Assembly: GCA_965248055.1 (NCBI GenBank) | Contig: CBDFIJ010000004.1 | Span: 3,281,973-3,345,972, forward strand | Direction of reading: 5' to 3' | Length of the DNA stretch: 64,000 nucleotides | From: Candidatus Multivoradales bacterium | GTDB taxonomy: Bacteria; Acidobacteriota; Thermoanaerobaculia; Multivoradales; JAHEKO01 | Shown here: in pieces, positions 17,710 to 27,364 of the stretch | Position numbering within the stretch: the stretch's first letter is position 1 | Layout: the number at the start of each line of letters is the position of its first letter | Program-made: the position numbers and the translations under genes | Notes under the pieces: model-generated | What the model was told of the DNA's origin: nothing | The model's input: the letters and a program-made list of their open reading frames with translations, nothing else | Database searches by the model: none

Positions 17710-20028
17710 TCAACTGTTACTTTGTGAGGTGGCGATTGCCGGTAGCAAGCCGGCGGGAATTCCCCAGGCGTCCACCAGGCTCTGCGCTAACGGGCGCAAT
17801 TGTGCCGACAAGGTTTCGTGCTGGCGTTGTAGCGCTTTGGCCTTCGACGATCCGAGTAGAGAGTGTTCCTGAAACCAAGCTCGATCATTCGCCAGAAAGT
17901 GAACTCCGAGCAAGGTCGAGAGCAGGTTGAGGGCAGTGGCTGAGCTGGCCTCAAGTGGCTGGTCGAGGGCCCCGTGCAGTGCTTGCAAGATGCGCCGTTC
18001 GACGTGCGCCTTCGCCGCAGCGATCAGATGCACCTGGCAAGCCAGAAATGCATCGTTCAAGCTCTCGCCGGCCTTGATCCGCCGTCGCAGTCGAGTCGCC
18101 ACCGTGGAGAGAACGTGATCTTCGCGGTATCTCAAGGCGAAGGCATGGAATCCCGGATTCCGGAGATGCTCTGGATCGGTGTTGCGCACCACCACTGGAT
18201 TGAGTTCGGCAACTCGTTCGGCGGCGCGCTCGACCAAGAAGCGTGCGAGCCCGATCGAGTTGAGATCGGAGAACTGCTTGCGGTACCCGGTGAGCATCGA
18301 CTTGGCGACCAACTGCATCAAGACCGTGTTGTCACCCTCGAAAGTAGTGAAGACGTCGCTGTCCGCTTTGAGGTCGGCAAAACGATTGATTGCTAGGTAG
18401 CCCTGACCGCCGCAGCTTTCGCGGCATATTTGCACAGCATCTGTGGCATGCCAGGTGGCATAAACTTTAAGCCCAGCGGCGTCGGACTCCAGCTCTCTTC
18501 GTTGGGGTTCTTCTACCGAGACGAAGTCATCGGCCAAGCGCCGCAGTGCGAAGTGCAGACCGAAGGTCTTGGCGAGCAACGGCATCAAGCGCAGTTGATG
18601 GCTGGGATAGTCGAGGATCGGTACTTCTGGACCCTCAGCGGAACCGAACTGGCGTCGTCGGTTGCCATAGCCGATGGCGATCGCCAGAGAGGTCTTGGCC
18701 ACCGACATCGAAGCCAGCGCAACCGAAACTCTTCCACCGACCAGGGCGCCCAAAGTGGTGAAGAACCGTTTGTTGTCGCTGGGGATTGAGCTCTGGTAAA
18801 CACCCGAGTCATCGACCCCTCCGAATCGATTGAGAAGCGCGTCGCGTTCAATCCAGACCTGGTCGAACGACAAGCGACCGTTGTCGACCCCGTTGAGGCC
18901 TAGCTTGGAGTCGCAGTCCGAGATCGACACACCGGGCTTTGCAGACCCATCGGCAGAGCGAATGGCGACCAGAAACGCATGGACGCCAAAGTTGTTCTCG
19001 CCGACGTGCAGTTGTGCGAAGACCACCGCCAGGCGGGCGTCGCGTGCGGCGTTGCCGATGTAGTCCTTGCGCGCCTGCGGGTGGGGAGTGTGGATGACGA
19101 AGCCGTCGTGTTGCGGGTCAAAGGTGGCGGTGGTCTCCAAACCTTGGACATTGGACCCATGCCCGGTCTCGGTCATGGCGAAGCAGCCGGGTAGCTTCAT
19201 GGTGGTTGCGTCGGCCAAGTATTTCTGGTGCTGTTGGTCGTTGCCCAATTGCTGGATGGCGCCGGCAAACAGTCCGAACTGGACGCCGAATTTGACCAGC
19301 ACGCTGAGGTCACCAAACGCCAGGGTCTCAAACGCGGTGACGAAGGAGCCAGCGGAATCTGCTCCGCCCAATGCCGACGGGGCACTTAAAGCGCCATAAC
19401 CGCGCTCTCCCAGGGCCGAGACCTGCGCCGTGACCCAAGCGCGATATTGCTCTCGACGGAGGTCGTTGGGTGGCGTCGATTCTGAATCCAGCAGATGGTC
19501 GAAGATCTGCCTTCGGATGTTGGGGAACGGGCGCTGCAGTCGGTCTGCTAGATCGGACAAATCTTCCGCTGTCGAGGGTTCTTGCTCGTGGGCAGCAGAC
19601 GGCGGCTCCAGCCCCAGTAGCAGCGCAGAGATCTCTGGCCCACCAAGTCCCAGTTCGTCGGTCAACTGAGACAGAGCCTCAATCTCTTCAGGATCTAGCT
19701 GCAGGCTAGGGTGGTCGACGGTAGCGATCCGAATCCCCAGATCAATCAGCGACAGGCGATGCACCTTGGGCAGATCTAGCGCTCGCTTGCGGATCGCAAA
19801 TAGCAGTTGATGAAGATCGGTGGGGCCGGGGGGCTGGCTCGGGTCGAGCCAGGATTCGATCGCCAGTTGGCATTGCCCATCCAGCAAAGACAGGCGCGAA
19901 ACTCGGGCTCGAATCAGCTCCAGTTCGTCGGCGCTCAAGTCGCCATCGGCCCAGGCGACATAGAGCAAGGGAAGAATCGACAGCAGCGCGGGGTGCTGGT
20001 AGCAACTGAGTAGTTTTGGTTGGTTCAC
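17710..20028 (-). CDS. Acyl-CoA oxidase/dehydrogenase-family protein with an N-terminal TerB-like extension
   Basis: GCFAMTETGHGSNV, KDYIGNAA, GLNGVDNG, CRESCGGQGY and TFEGDNTVL; GTG start overlaps the upstream TGA. Confidence 0.88.
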   Translation of the reverse strand: MNQPKLLSCYQHPALLSILPLLYVAWADGDLSADELELIRARVSRLSLLDGQCQLAIESWLDPSQPPGPTDLHQLLFAIRKRALDLPKVHRLSLIDLGIRIATVDHPSLQLDPEEIEALSQLTDELGLGGPEISALLLGLEPPSAAHEQEPSTAEDLSDLADRLQRPFPNIRRQIFDHLLDSESTPPNDLRREQYRAWVTAQVSALGERGYGALSAPSALGGADSAGSFVTAFETLAFGDLSVLVKFGVQFGLFAGAIQQLGNDQQHQKYLADATTMKLPGCFAMTETGHGSNVQGLETTATFDPQHDGFVIHTPHPQARKDYIGNAARDARLAVVFAQLHVGENNFGVHAFLVAIRSADGSAKPGVSISDCDSKLGLNGVDNGRLSFDQVWIERDALLNRFGGVDDSGVYQSSIPSDNKRFFTTLGALVGGRVSVALASMSVAKTSLAIAIGYGNRRRQFGSAEGPEVPILDYPSHQLRLMPLLAKTFGLHFALRRLADDFVSVEEPQRRELESDAAGLKVYATWHATDAVQICRESCGGQGYLAINRFADLKADSDVFTTFEGDNTVLMQLVAKSMLTGYRKQFSDLNSIGLARFLVERAAERVAELNPVVVRNTDPEHLRNPGFHAFALRYREDHVLSTVATRLRRRIKAGESLNDAFLACQVHLIAAAKAHVERRILQALHGALDQPLEASSATALNLLSTLLGVHFLANDRAWFQEHSLLGSSKAKALQRQHETLSAQLRPLAQSLVDAWGIPAGLLPAIATSQSNS

Positions 20029-20984
20029 GAGTCCAAGATGTCCCGACGGCGAAGGTACTGGTCGATCATCACTGCGGCGATGTTTCCGGTTCCCAGGGCC
20101 ACCGCGACCTGCTGGGTTTGTGGGCGCAAATCTCCGGCGAGCCAAACCCCAGGTACGTTGGTGTCTCCGCGCTGCGACTTGGGCTGGGCGTGGTGTCCGG
20201 TCGCGGCGATCTCGACCCCCAACTGTTGTGCCAACTCGGTGCGCCCTTGTGCCAGAGAGGAGACGAAAAATTTCTCGGCCTCGATCAGCGACCCATCGGC
20301 CAATCGAAGGCCTTGCAACTCGGTGCGCTCGCCGATCAGTTCGACGATCTCCCCTGGCACCACCTCGATGGCCTTTTCTTTCAGTTGTGCCGCTCGCTTC
20401 TCGCTTAACTCGGTGTCATCCGTCAAGAGTAGGCGCAGTTTAGATGCGTAGCGAGATAGCCCAAGCGCCATTCCGGCGCCCCCGGCGGCGCTTGCGGTGG
20501 CAATCACCACGGTATCTTTGCCGTCGATTTCTGGGGCTTCGCAATCAGGGCAGTAGTAGAGATTACCCTTGCCTGCGTATTTGAAGCAGGGACGAAAGTC
20601 CCCGTCAACGGTTGGATGGTAGCGAGCCACACCGGTGGCTAAGAGGACTGTGGCGGTTTGCAAGACTTCGCCGTCTTCAAGCTGGAGACGAAAATCACCG
20701 AGTTTTCCCTCGGCTTGAACCACGTTGGCGCGGCGCTGTTGAGCCCCCAACTCAAGCGCTTGCGCCAATAACTGTTTTTGCATGTCGATGCCGCGGGTTG
20801 CAGGGATGCCCGGAACGTTAAACAATTTCTCCAAAGTGAAGAATAGAGGTCCGCTGCGCCGATCGACGACCAAGACTCTTCGGTTGTGCCATGCAAGATG
20901 GGTGGCCGCGCTTAGCCCTGCTGGGCCACCGCCGACCACGACACATTCCCACTGCATGTTGGACTCTTGAGGCATCGATGCCAA
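20025..20984 (-). CDS. Thioredoxin-reductase-like NAD(P)/FAD oxidoreductase
   Basis: VVGGGPAGLSAA, LATG, YCPDCE and GVWLAGD. Confidence 0.85.
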   Translation of the reverse strand: MASMPQESNMQWECVVVGGGPAGLSAATHLAWHNRRVLVVDRRSGPLFFTLEKLFNVPGIPATRGIDMQKQLLAQALELGAQQRRANVVQAEGKLGDFRLQLEDGEVLQTATVLLATGVARYHPTVDGDFRPCFKYAGKGNLYYCPDCEAPEIDGKDTVVIATASAAGGAGMALGLSRYASKLRLLLTDDTELSEKRAAQLKEKAIEVVPGEIVELIGERTELQGLRLADGSLIEAEKFFVSSLAQGRTELAQQLGVEIAATGHHAQPKSQRGDTNVPGVWLAGDLRPQTQQVAVALGTGNIAAVMIDQYLRRRDILDS

Positions 20985-21971
20985 CTAGAAGCGCAACAGT
21001 GCGGAAGCCCAGTGAAATCCGGCGCCGAAAGCGGTGAGCAGGACAACGTCGCCTTGCTCGATGCGTCCTTGGTCACGGGCTTGTGCCAGCCCGATCGCCA
21101 CCGAGGCTGAGCCGGTATTGCCGAGTTTGTCGACGTTGATGAAGACCCGTTCAGGTTCCAGCCTCAGCTTCTTGCCGACCGCGTTGATGATGCGCAGATT
21201 CGCCTGGTGCGGGATGACCAAGGCTACGTCGTCCAAGGTTAATCCTGCCTGCTCCAAGACTTGCCGGGAGACATCGGCCATATGGTGAACCGCTTCGCGA
21301 AAGACTTCTTTGCCCTTCATGACGAAGTTGACATGGGCGCCTGCCTGGGCTGATTCAAGGTTGAACGGCAACCGAGTGCCTCCTGCTTCCAGCATCAGGA
21401 TGCTGGCCTTGGAGCCGTCGGTGCCAGCTGCCACCGCCACCAATTCGGCCAGGGGTCGCCCGGGTCCGATCAGGGCGGCTCCGGCACCGTCGCCAAACAA
21501 AACACAGGTATTGCGGTCCTTCCAGTTCATCAACCGGGTGATCAGTTCCACGCCGACCACCAAGACCCTCCGGTCTCCATCGAGTGACCGAGAGCGTGCA
21601 ATATCCAAACCTTGGACAAACCCGGCGCAGCCACTGCCTCCCAGGTCGTAGCAGGGGATCGAACGCAGGCCCAATCGGTGTTGCAGAAACGAAGCGGTAT
21701 CGGGCGTGTAGACCTCTGGTGTGTCTGAGGCAACGATCAGCTCGTCGATGTCCTCAGGGCCGACCCCGGCATTGCCGAGAGCGGCTAGTGCGGCGTGCTC
21801 TGCGAGATCAACGGTGGTTTGATCTTCGGCGGCGAATCGCCGTTCCTTGATTCCGGTTCTTTCGACAATCCACTGGTCGCTGGTGTCCACGTACTCAGCC
21901 CAGTCATGGTTGGTCATCACCCGCTCGGGCGTGTAGGCTCCGATTCCGAGGATTCCGATTGTATTGGTCAT
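20985..21971 (-). CDS. fabH: 3-oxoacyl-ACP synthase III
   Basis: GCAGF, LFGDGAGA, IPHQAN and GNTGSAS (Cys-His-Asn triad). Confidence 0.92.
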   Translation of the reverse strand: MTNTIGILGIGAYTPERVMTNHDWAEYVDTSDQWIVERTGIKERRFAAEDQTTVDLAEHAALAALGNAGVGPEDIDELIVASDTPEVYTPDTASFLQHRLGLRSIPCYDLGGSGCAGFVQGLDIARSRSLDGDRRVLVVGVELITRLMNWKDRNTCVLFGDGAGAALIGPGRPLAELVAVAAGTDGSKASILMLEAGGTRLPFNLESAQAGAHVNFVMKGKEVFREAVHHMADVSRQVLEQAGLTLDDVALVIPHQANLRIINAVGKKLRLEPERVFINVDKLGNTGSASVAIGLAQARDQGRIEQGDVVLLTAFGAGFHWASALLRF

Positions 21972-22062
21972 TGGTGTCCTCCCACAAGACAAGACAGGCA
22001 TGATACCGCGCTCGACCAAGATGCGGATCTGCTTGCAACCACGTACAAGGAGAGTTCATTCC

Positions 22063-22782
22063 ATGTTGCAAAGTGTCGCTACAATTTCCGTTCTTTCATT
22101 TTCACTCTTGGCAGTAGCCGCATGCGCAGAAACGCAGAGCGCGGCCGCCGAGCCGACGGTGCCTACCGGGGATGCAGAAGTGACTGCGTACTCGATCGGC
22201 TACGGCATCGGTCGCCAGATTCATGATCAAGGGATTGTTCTGCCCGAGGATCAGTTGGTCGCAGGATTGCGCGCCGGCATGGCCGCCGCCGATCTTCCCC
22301 TCCCCAAAGCCAACATGACGGCGGCTCGCCAACGCTACGAACAGTCTGAACAGCAGCGTTTGACCGCATTGCAGGGGACCAAGGCGGTGGACGAGAGGGC
22401 CAAGGGTGAAGCTTTTCTAACGAAAAACGCTACCAAAGAAGGGGTCATCACCTTGGCTCCCGGATTGCAGTATGAGGTGCTGGTTGCAGGAGACGGCCCG
22501 ATTCCGACCACAACCGACAAAGTCACCGTGCATTATCGAGGCACCTTGCTCGACGGCACCGAGTTCGACAGCTCTTATGCACGCAACGAACCCGTCACCT
22601 TCCTGCTCAACCAGGTGGTTCCCGGTTGGACCCAGTCGCTTTCGAAGATGCCGGTTGGCTCCAAGTGGAAGCTCTACCTGGGCGCGGATATGGGCTACGG
22701 CGACAACCCCCGTCCTGGAGGTGCCATTCCTCCTGGAGCGACCTTGGTCTTCGAGGTCGAGCTCCTGGGGATTGCCAACTAA
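22063..22782 (+). CDS. FKBP-type peptidyl-prolyl isomerase (FkpA/FklB-like)
   Basis: VHYRGTLLDGTEFDSS, VVPGW and IPPGATLVFEVELL; N-terminal signal/lipobox. Confidence 0.93.
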   Translation: MLQSVATISVLSFSLLAVAACAETQSAAAEPTVPTGDAEVTAYSIGYGIGRQIHDQGIVLPEDQLVAGLRAGMAAADLPLPKANMTAARQRYEQSEQQRLTALQGTKAVDERAKGEAFLTKNATKEGVITLAPGLQYEVLVAGDGPIPTTTDKVTVHYRGTLLDGTEFDSSYARNEPVTFLLNQVVPGWTQSLSKMPVGSKWKLYLGADMGYGDNPRPGGAIPPGATLVFEVELLGIAN

Positions 22783-22789
22783 GCTTCGA

Positions 22790-23119
22790 TCGATCATCGG
22801 AATCAGTGGATGGTTGACCCGAGCAGGGTTTTTGGCTCTGGTGGTGGTCACTCCATGGATGCTCACGGCCCCGGTGCACGCCGGGGTCGACGAGCTCGGT
22901 TGCAACGACGTACGGATCTACTCCGCTCCGTTCGAGGTCCTCGTCGGCCATTCGGTGATCGATATTCAGTTAGCCGATCGGCTAGAGCAACTGGGGCTTG
23001 CCAGGGTTCGTCAACGCCCCACCGAGCCGGGACAATTTGTCTGGGGCTATGAAGTCTTTAGGGTCTTCACCGCGCAAGAGGCCATCCAGGCCAGCGAATC
23101 TGCACCTACGCCGAAGTGA
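22790..23119 (+). pseudogene. Possible fragment resembling the N-terminal/UB2H region of a class A PBP
   Basis: TM segment followed by RIYSAP..L..G....L...LE.LG.......P..PGQF; truncated. Confidence 0.3.
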
Positions 23120-23167
23120 TGGCGAAATCTTAGGTCGTAAGAAGAACCGCCTGCATCATCGGGTGAG

Positions 23168-23830
23168 GTGGTTTTTCAGGTGCCCGCGCAGCTTCTGGCC
23201 GAGGATTTCACCGAGAGCACCAACTCGGTGGACCGTGGGGTTTGGCAAATCGAAATCGGAATCACCTGGGAGGAGGATAACGTCCTGGTGTTTCCCGAGG
23301 CGCTGGCGCGGTTAGGGATATCGGAACGGGTCGAACTAGGTTTTGGCTTGTCCAGTTACGTCGACACCAAGGGAGCGTCTGGACTGTCGGACGCGTCTTT
23401 TGGCGTCAAGTTGGAGCTGGGCTCGGTCGCTGGGGGAGAGATGGCGGTGATTACAGAGGTTTCGATTCCGCCGGGCAGACGATGAGCTCACTAGCGACGA
23501 AGTGGATCCAAGCGTAATTGTGATTACGAGCGCGAGGTCAACACGATCTGGTCTTTGGGCACCCAAGTGGAGCTGTCTTCGTTGTCTCAGGCTAGAGGTG
23601 ACGAGACTGGCCACAACGAGCCAATCGTCAGCCCGACCTTGGTCGTAGGCCGGGACTTAGCCGAATCTTGGGGTACCTTTTCAAACTCGCAGCCGACATT
23701 GTGGAACATGGTTCGAGCCCTGTCTTGTTTCACACTGGCTGACCAAAGCAGCGGGTCCAGATCGCCACGGGGATATCCATATCGCCTTCGGACTTAACGA
23801 TGTGGCCGCAGATGTCGAGGTTGGGCTGGC
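23168..23830 (+). pseudogene. Degraded outer-membrane 'transporter'-like gene
   Basis: DFTESTNSVDRGVWQIEIG and SGLSDASFGVK; coding-like segments continue in other frames. Confidence 0.45.
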
Positions 23831-23831
23831 T

Positions 23832-24668
23832 TTAGCTGGCGTTTCTAATCGCCATCCTGCGGTCAAAAGCCGCCAGGCTGGCTTCGTCTTGGGGGCGATT
23901 ATTACGGCTTGCCCATTCGATGAATTTGACCAGAAACGGCCTTGCTTGAAGGAGCTCGCGCCGGAGTAGTTCGGCGATCACCGGAGCATGGTCGGAAAAA
24001 CCGCTGGAGTGATAGTAGCTCAGGGTCGTTTGGAGATCGTAGGCGACCGCGCGTCGATGCACCGTGATCGTGGTTTCGCTGACCTCGAAGATGGCGTACT
24101 GGGCCCGAGGATCACGGTTGAACGGCAGTCCCACCGCACCGACGTTGACCACCCGACCGCCGGAAAAAGTGCGATCCAAAGGGCGATGAGTGTGGGCACA
24201 AACCAAGACTTGTGCCTCGGTCTCGGTCGCGTGCTGTTGGAGTACTGAATCCGGAGTCCAAGGGCCGAGTCCGTCGCTAACCCCTTTGGGGCTACCATGG
24301 ACCACCAGCAGTTGTTCCGGTTTCTGTTCGGCTCGTAGCGAGAACGGAAGGTCCTGCAAAAAGTCGCTGACTTCGTTGCTGAGTTCCTCCGCCATCCAAT
24401 CGGCAGCGTCGCCCATCGCGGTGTTGGAGAGATTAAGAGGTCGAGTCTGATTGCGGCAAAGCAGCAACAGCTCTTCATGATTGCCGGTCAAACTGCGCCA
24501 GCCGATCTCGATGATCTGGCGCGCAACTCGTTCCCCCCCGGGACCGCGCCCCACCAAGTCGCCTGCGACCAGCACTTCGTCGGGGGCTTGCGCGGCGAGG
24601 TCGGCGATCACTGCATCGAGGGCTGCGAGATTGCCATGGATATCGGAGAGAACCGCAATTCGGGTCAG
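23832..24668 (-). CDS. Metallophosphoesterase (probable CTG start)
   Basis: LSDIHGN, AGDLVG, GNHE, VHGSP, AHTHRP and NVGAVG; the first motif lies upstream of the ORF-track start. Confidence 0.88.
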   Translation of the reverse strand: MTRIAVLSDIHGNLAALDAVIADLAAQAPDEVLVAGDLVGRGPGGERVARQIIEIGWRSLTGNHEELLLLCRNQTRPLNLSNTAMGDAADWMAEELSNEVSDFLQDLPFSLRAEQKPEQLLVVHGSPKGVSDGLGPWTPDSVLQQHATETEAQVLVCAHTHRPLDRTFSGGRVVNVGAVGLPFNRDPRAQYAIFEVSETTITVHRRAVAYDLQTTLSYYHSSGFSDHAPVIAELLRRELLQARPFLVKFIEWASRNNRPQDEASLAAFDRRMAIRNAS

Positions 24669-24677
24669 AGTAACTCC

Positions 24678-25358
24678 CTAAACCCACTCGCAGATAGCGT
24701 CGAAAGACTTGCGGCCGATTGCTGGTACCTGGGCATCGGCGGACGGTCGACCGGTGACCACGATCAAGAACGGTTTTTCATTCTCTGGTCGTCCCAGCGC
24801 TTCGCGCAGAAATGACATCGGGCTTGGGGTGTGGGTGAGGGTCGCCAGTCCAGCGTTGTGCAACGCTGCGATCAAGAATCCAGTGGCGATCCCCACCGAC
24901 TCTTTGACGTAGTAGTGGCGAACTTTCTTGTCCTGCTCGCCTCCATCACCTTGGTATCCGTGGATCAGAGCGAAGACCACGATCAGGTAGGGGGCCTCTT
25001 CGATGAAAGGTTTGTCGGCGTCTGTTCCCAGCGGCTCGAGAGCTCTCAACCACTCTTTGCCAGCCCGTCGTTGGTAGAACTCCAGCTCGGTTGATTCAAT
25101 GACTTCGCGTAGCTGCTTTTTCAATTTGGCTGAGGAAACCACGACAAATCGCCAGGGTTGTTGGTTCGCTCCACTGGGAGCACTGGCGGCGGCGCGGACA
25201 CACTCTTCGATGACTTCGCGCGGGACACTCTCGCTTGAATAGTCACGGATGGTTCGCCGTTTGGTGATCTGGTGGCGAAACGAGCGAGCACGATCAATGG
25301 CTTGCTTATCGGATAAGGAGGGCCCGCAGTCGTATGGTTCTGTAGGGTAGTCGCTCAT
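24678..25358 (-). CDS. Iodotyrosine-deiodinase-like nitroreductase
   Basis: APSGANQQPW, EFY..RA..EWL.AL.PLGTD..KPF and ESVGIA.G...AALH.AGL.TLTHTP. Confidence 0.8.
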   Translation of the reverse strand: MSDYPTEPYDCGPSLSDKQAIDRARSFRHQITKRRTIRDYSSESVPREVIEECVRAAASAPSGANQQPWRFVVVSSAKLKKQLREVIESTELEFYQRRAGKEWLRALEPLGTDADKPFIEEAPYLIVVFALIHGYQGDGGEQDKKVRHYYVKESVGIATGFLIAALHNAGLATLTHTPSPMSFLREALGRPENEKPFLIVVTGRPSADAQVPAIGRKSFDAICEWV

Positions 25359-25574
25359 TACTCAGGATCCTATCCTGAGCGCGACAGGTCTCGATTAAAC
25401 GTCCTCGCTGGATGACAGGATGCCGAGTCGGCGAGCATCTGGCGCTGGAAACCTGGGTTGTCAGCAAGCGGTGCAGCGAATCACTGGAATGTTCCGATCA
25501 ATCGGCGTAGGTTGGCACGCCGATTGCCCAAAGAAGTCCTAGGACCCGAATGGTTCTGAAAGGAAATAACGATC

Positions 25575-26291
25575 ATGACTCGAAAAGCAACTTACCTAAT
25601 CGCTGCAATGGGAATTGTCTCACTGGTGAGCGCATCACCGGCTGCGTTCGCCGGTGGCTTTGGCCACTATGGGGGGCAAAACTCGATTCGTATTCACGGT
25701 GGCTCTTTCGAGCCGGACGGCGCTTCCGCCTATTGGGTGGATAAAGAGATTGATTTTTTTGGCAGTGCTGAGGATTTCGATGATTTCTTGTTTGCCGTCG
25801 ACTGGGTCCACTACGTTTCCTCTCGCATCGCCATCGTCGGCTCGTTGAGTGGCTACGAGGGCAGTTCACTGCAGAGCTATCGCGACTTTATCACCGGCGA
25901 TGGTGGCGACATCTTTCATCAGGCAACTCTGGACATGGGCTCGGCAGAAGTAGGGGTCCTGGTCCACCTGCTCAGCGGTGACGCGGTGGTATTGCCTTAC
26001 GTCGGAGTGGGTGTCGGTCTTTACGACTGGAGTTTGAGTGAAGATGGGGACTTCCTCGACTTTGGCTTCGATCCTCCGGCGTTGTTCAACGATCTATTTA
26101 TCGAAGAGGGCGAAGCTATTGGCACTTTTTTTCTGGTCGGCGTTGAAGTGCCGATTGGTTCCTCGTGGTCGGTGTTTGGCGAAGCGAAGTGGTCTGACGT
26201 AGACGACGAGTTGACCGGGGATTTTGCCGGCCTTGGACCTTTGGATCTGTCCGGTCAGTCGGTGACAGCTGGCGTTGCCTTTAACTTCTAG
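25575..26291 (+). CDS. Outer-membrane beta-barrel protein
   Basis: Signal peptide, PYVGVGVG and C-terminal F (AGVAFNF). Confidence 0.8.
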   Translation: MTRKATYLIAAMGIVSLVSASPAAFAGGFGHYGGQNSIRIHGGSFEPDGASAYWVDKEIDFFGSAEDFDDFLFAVDWVHYVSSRIAIVGSLSGYEGSSLQSYRDFITGDGGDIFHQATLDMGSAEVGVLVHLLSGDAVVLPYVGVGVGLYDWSLSEDGDFLDFGFDPPALFNDLFIEEGEAIGTFFLVGVEVPIGSSWSVFGEAKWSDVDDELTGDFAGLGPLDLSGQSVTAGVAFNF

Positions 26292-26367
26292 GCTTCGGCT
26301 AACTTTGGCGAACCCCTTGGTTCCTCAGATTCTGCAGTTGTCGGCGAAGTTCTAAAATCCGAGCGTT

Positions 26368-26733
26368 GTGCGCTACCGTACAACGGTCGTGCGCAGATAC
26401 CGCATCCACACCAACCGCTGCGACAGGATCCAACGCAAGATTGTCCGGGGTTGTTTCGCACTCCTAGCTGGCTTGATTCTGACCGGTTGTCTGGACGGAA
26501 AAGCGAGCGGATTAGCTGCACGCCAAGATCTGAATCAACAGGGCGATTCTGAAATTGACAACCTAGATAGCGGCAGTTCGAGTGCAGCCAGTGCGAACAC
26601 CGGTAGTACTGGTCGCGGTAGTCAAGATGTTGAGTTGATTCCATTTGGTCTGTTGGGCCCGATCATCGGCAGTCAGGATGTGTTTGAGACAGCCTGTGAT
26701 CTTTCAGAGGAGTCTTTTGAGCGCTGTCTCTGA
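26368..26733 (+). CDS. Hypothetical possible lipoprotein
   Basis: LILTGC lipobox-like segment; start uncertain. Confidence 0.35.
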   Translation: MRYRTTVVRRYRIHTNRCDRIQRKIVRGCFALLAGLILTGCLDGKASGLAARQDLNQQGDSEIDNLDSGSSSAASANTGSTGRGSQDVELIPFGLLGPIIGSQDVFETACDLSEESFERCL

Positions 26734-26765
26734 CCGTGCTTAGCTAAGATAACCACTAACAAGGA

Positions 26766-27314
26766 TTGAAGATGAGAACGACAGCAATCGAAACGACAAA
26801 ATCCACCCGGGCGAAGGGCAACGCCTTCAACGTTCTGGCGATCACCCTCCTGGCAGTGGGACTACTGAGTTCTTCTGTTTTCGCCGAAGGCAAGTGTGGC
26901 GACGCCGATGAATGTCTACAGGCGATTCGGGAATCAATCGCCAAGCGTGGTTGGTTGGGTATTGAGTACGACACCAATGAGGAAAATGGGCTTCCTGAAA
27001 TCCACCGCGTCTTGGCTGAGAGCCCCGCGGAAAAAGGTGGACTCCAAACGGGGGATTTTCTGCTGACGATTAACGGGGCTTCCTACCAAAAGGGCCGCGA
27101 GGAAGTTTACGCTGAGGTGAAGAAGTCCTTGGTACCCGGCAACGAAATCTCATTTGAAGTGCGCCGAGACGACGAGCTGGTCGAAGTGACAGTGGTCGCT
27201 GGTGAGATGCCGCCAGCGATGGCTGCTCAACTGGTCGGACGGCACATGATGGAGTACCACAAGAATGACGCTGAAAGTGAATCTGACACGGCGGATGACA
27301 GCGACAAGCGTTAA
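26766..27314 (+). CDS. Secreted PDZ-domain protein
   Basis: GWLGI...V...SPAEKGGLQTGD.LL.ING. Confidence 0.85.
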   Translation: MKMRTTAIETTKSTRAKGNAFNVLAITLLAVGLLSSSVFAEGKCGDADECLQAIRESIAKRGWLGIEYDTNEENGLPEIHRVLAESPAEKGGLQTGDFLLTINGASYQKGREEVYAEVKKSLVPGNEISFEVRRDDELVEVTVVAGEMPPAMAAQLVGRHMMEYHKNDAESESDTADDSDKR

Positions 27315-27364
27315 CAGGCCCAAGGACACTCAGCCGATTCAGAGAACAGGCGCGCTGACTTTGG

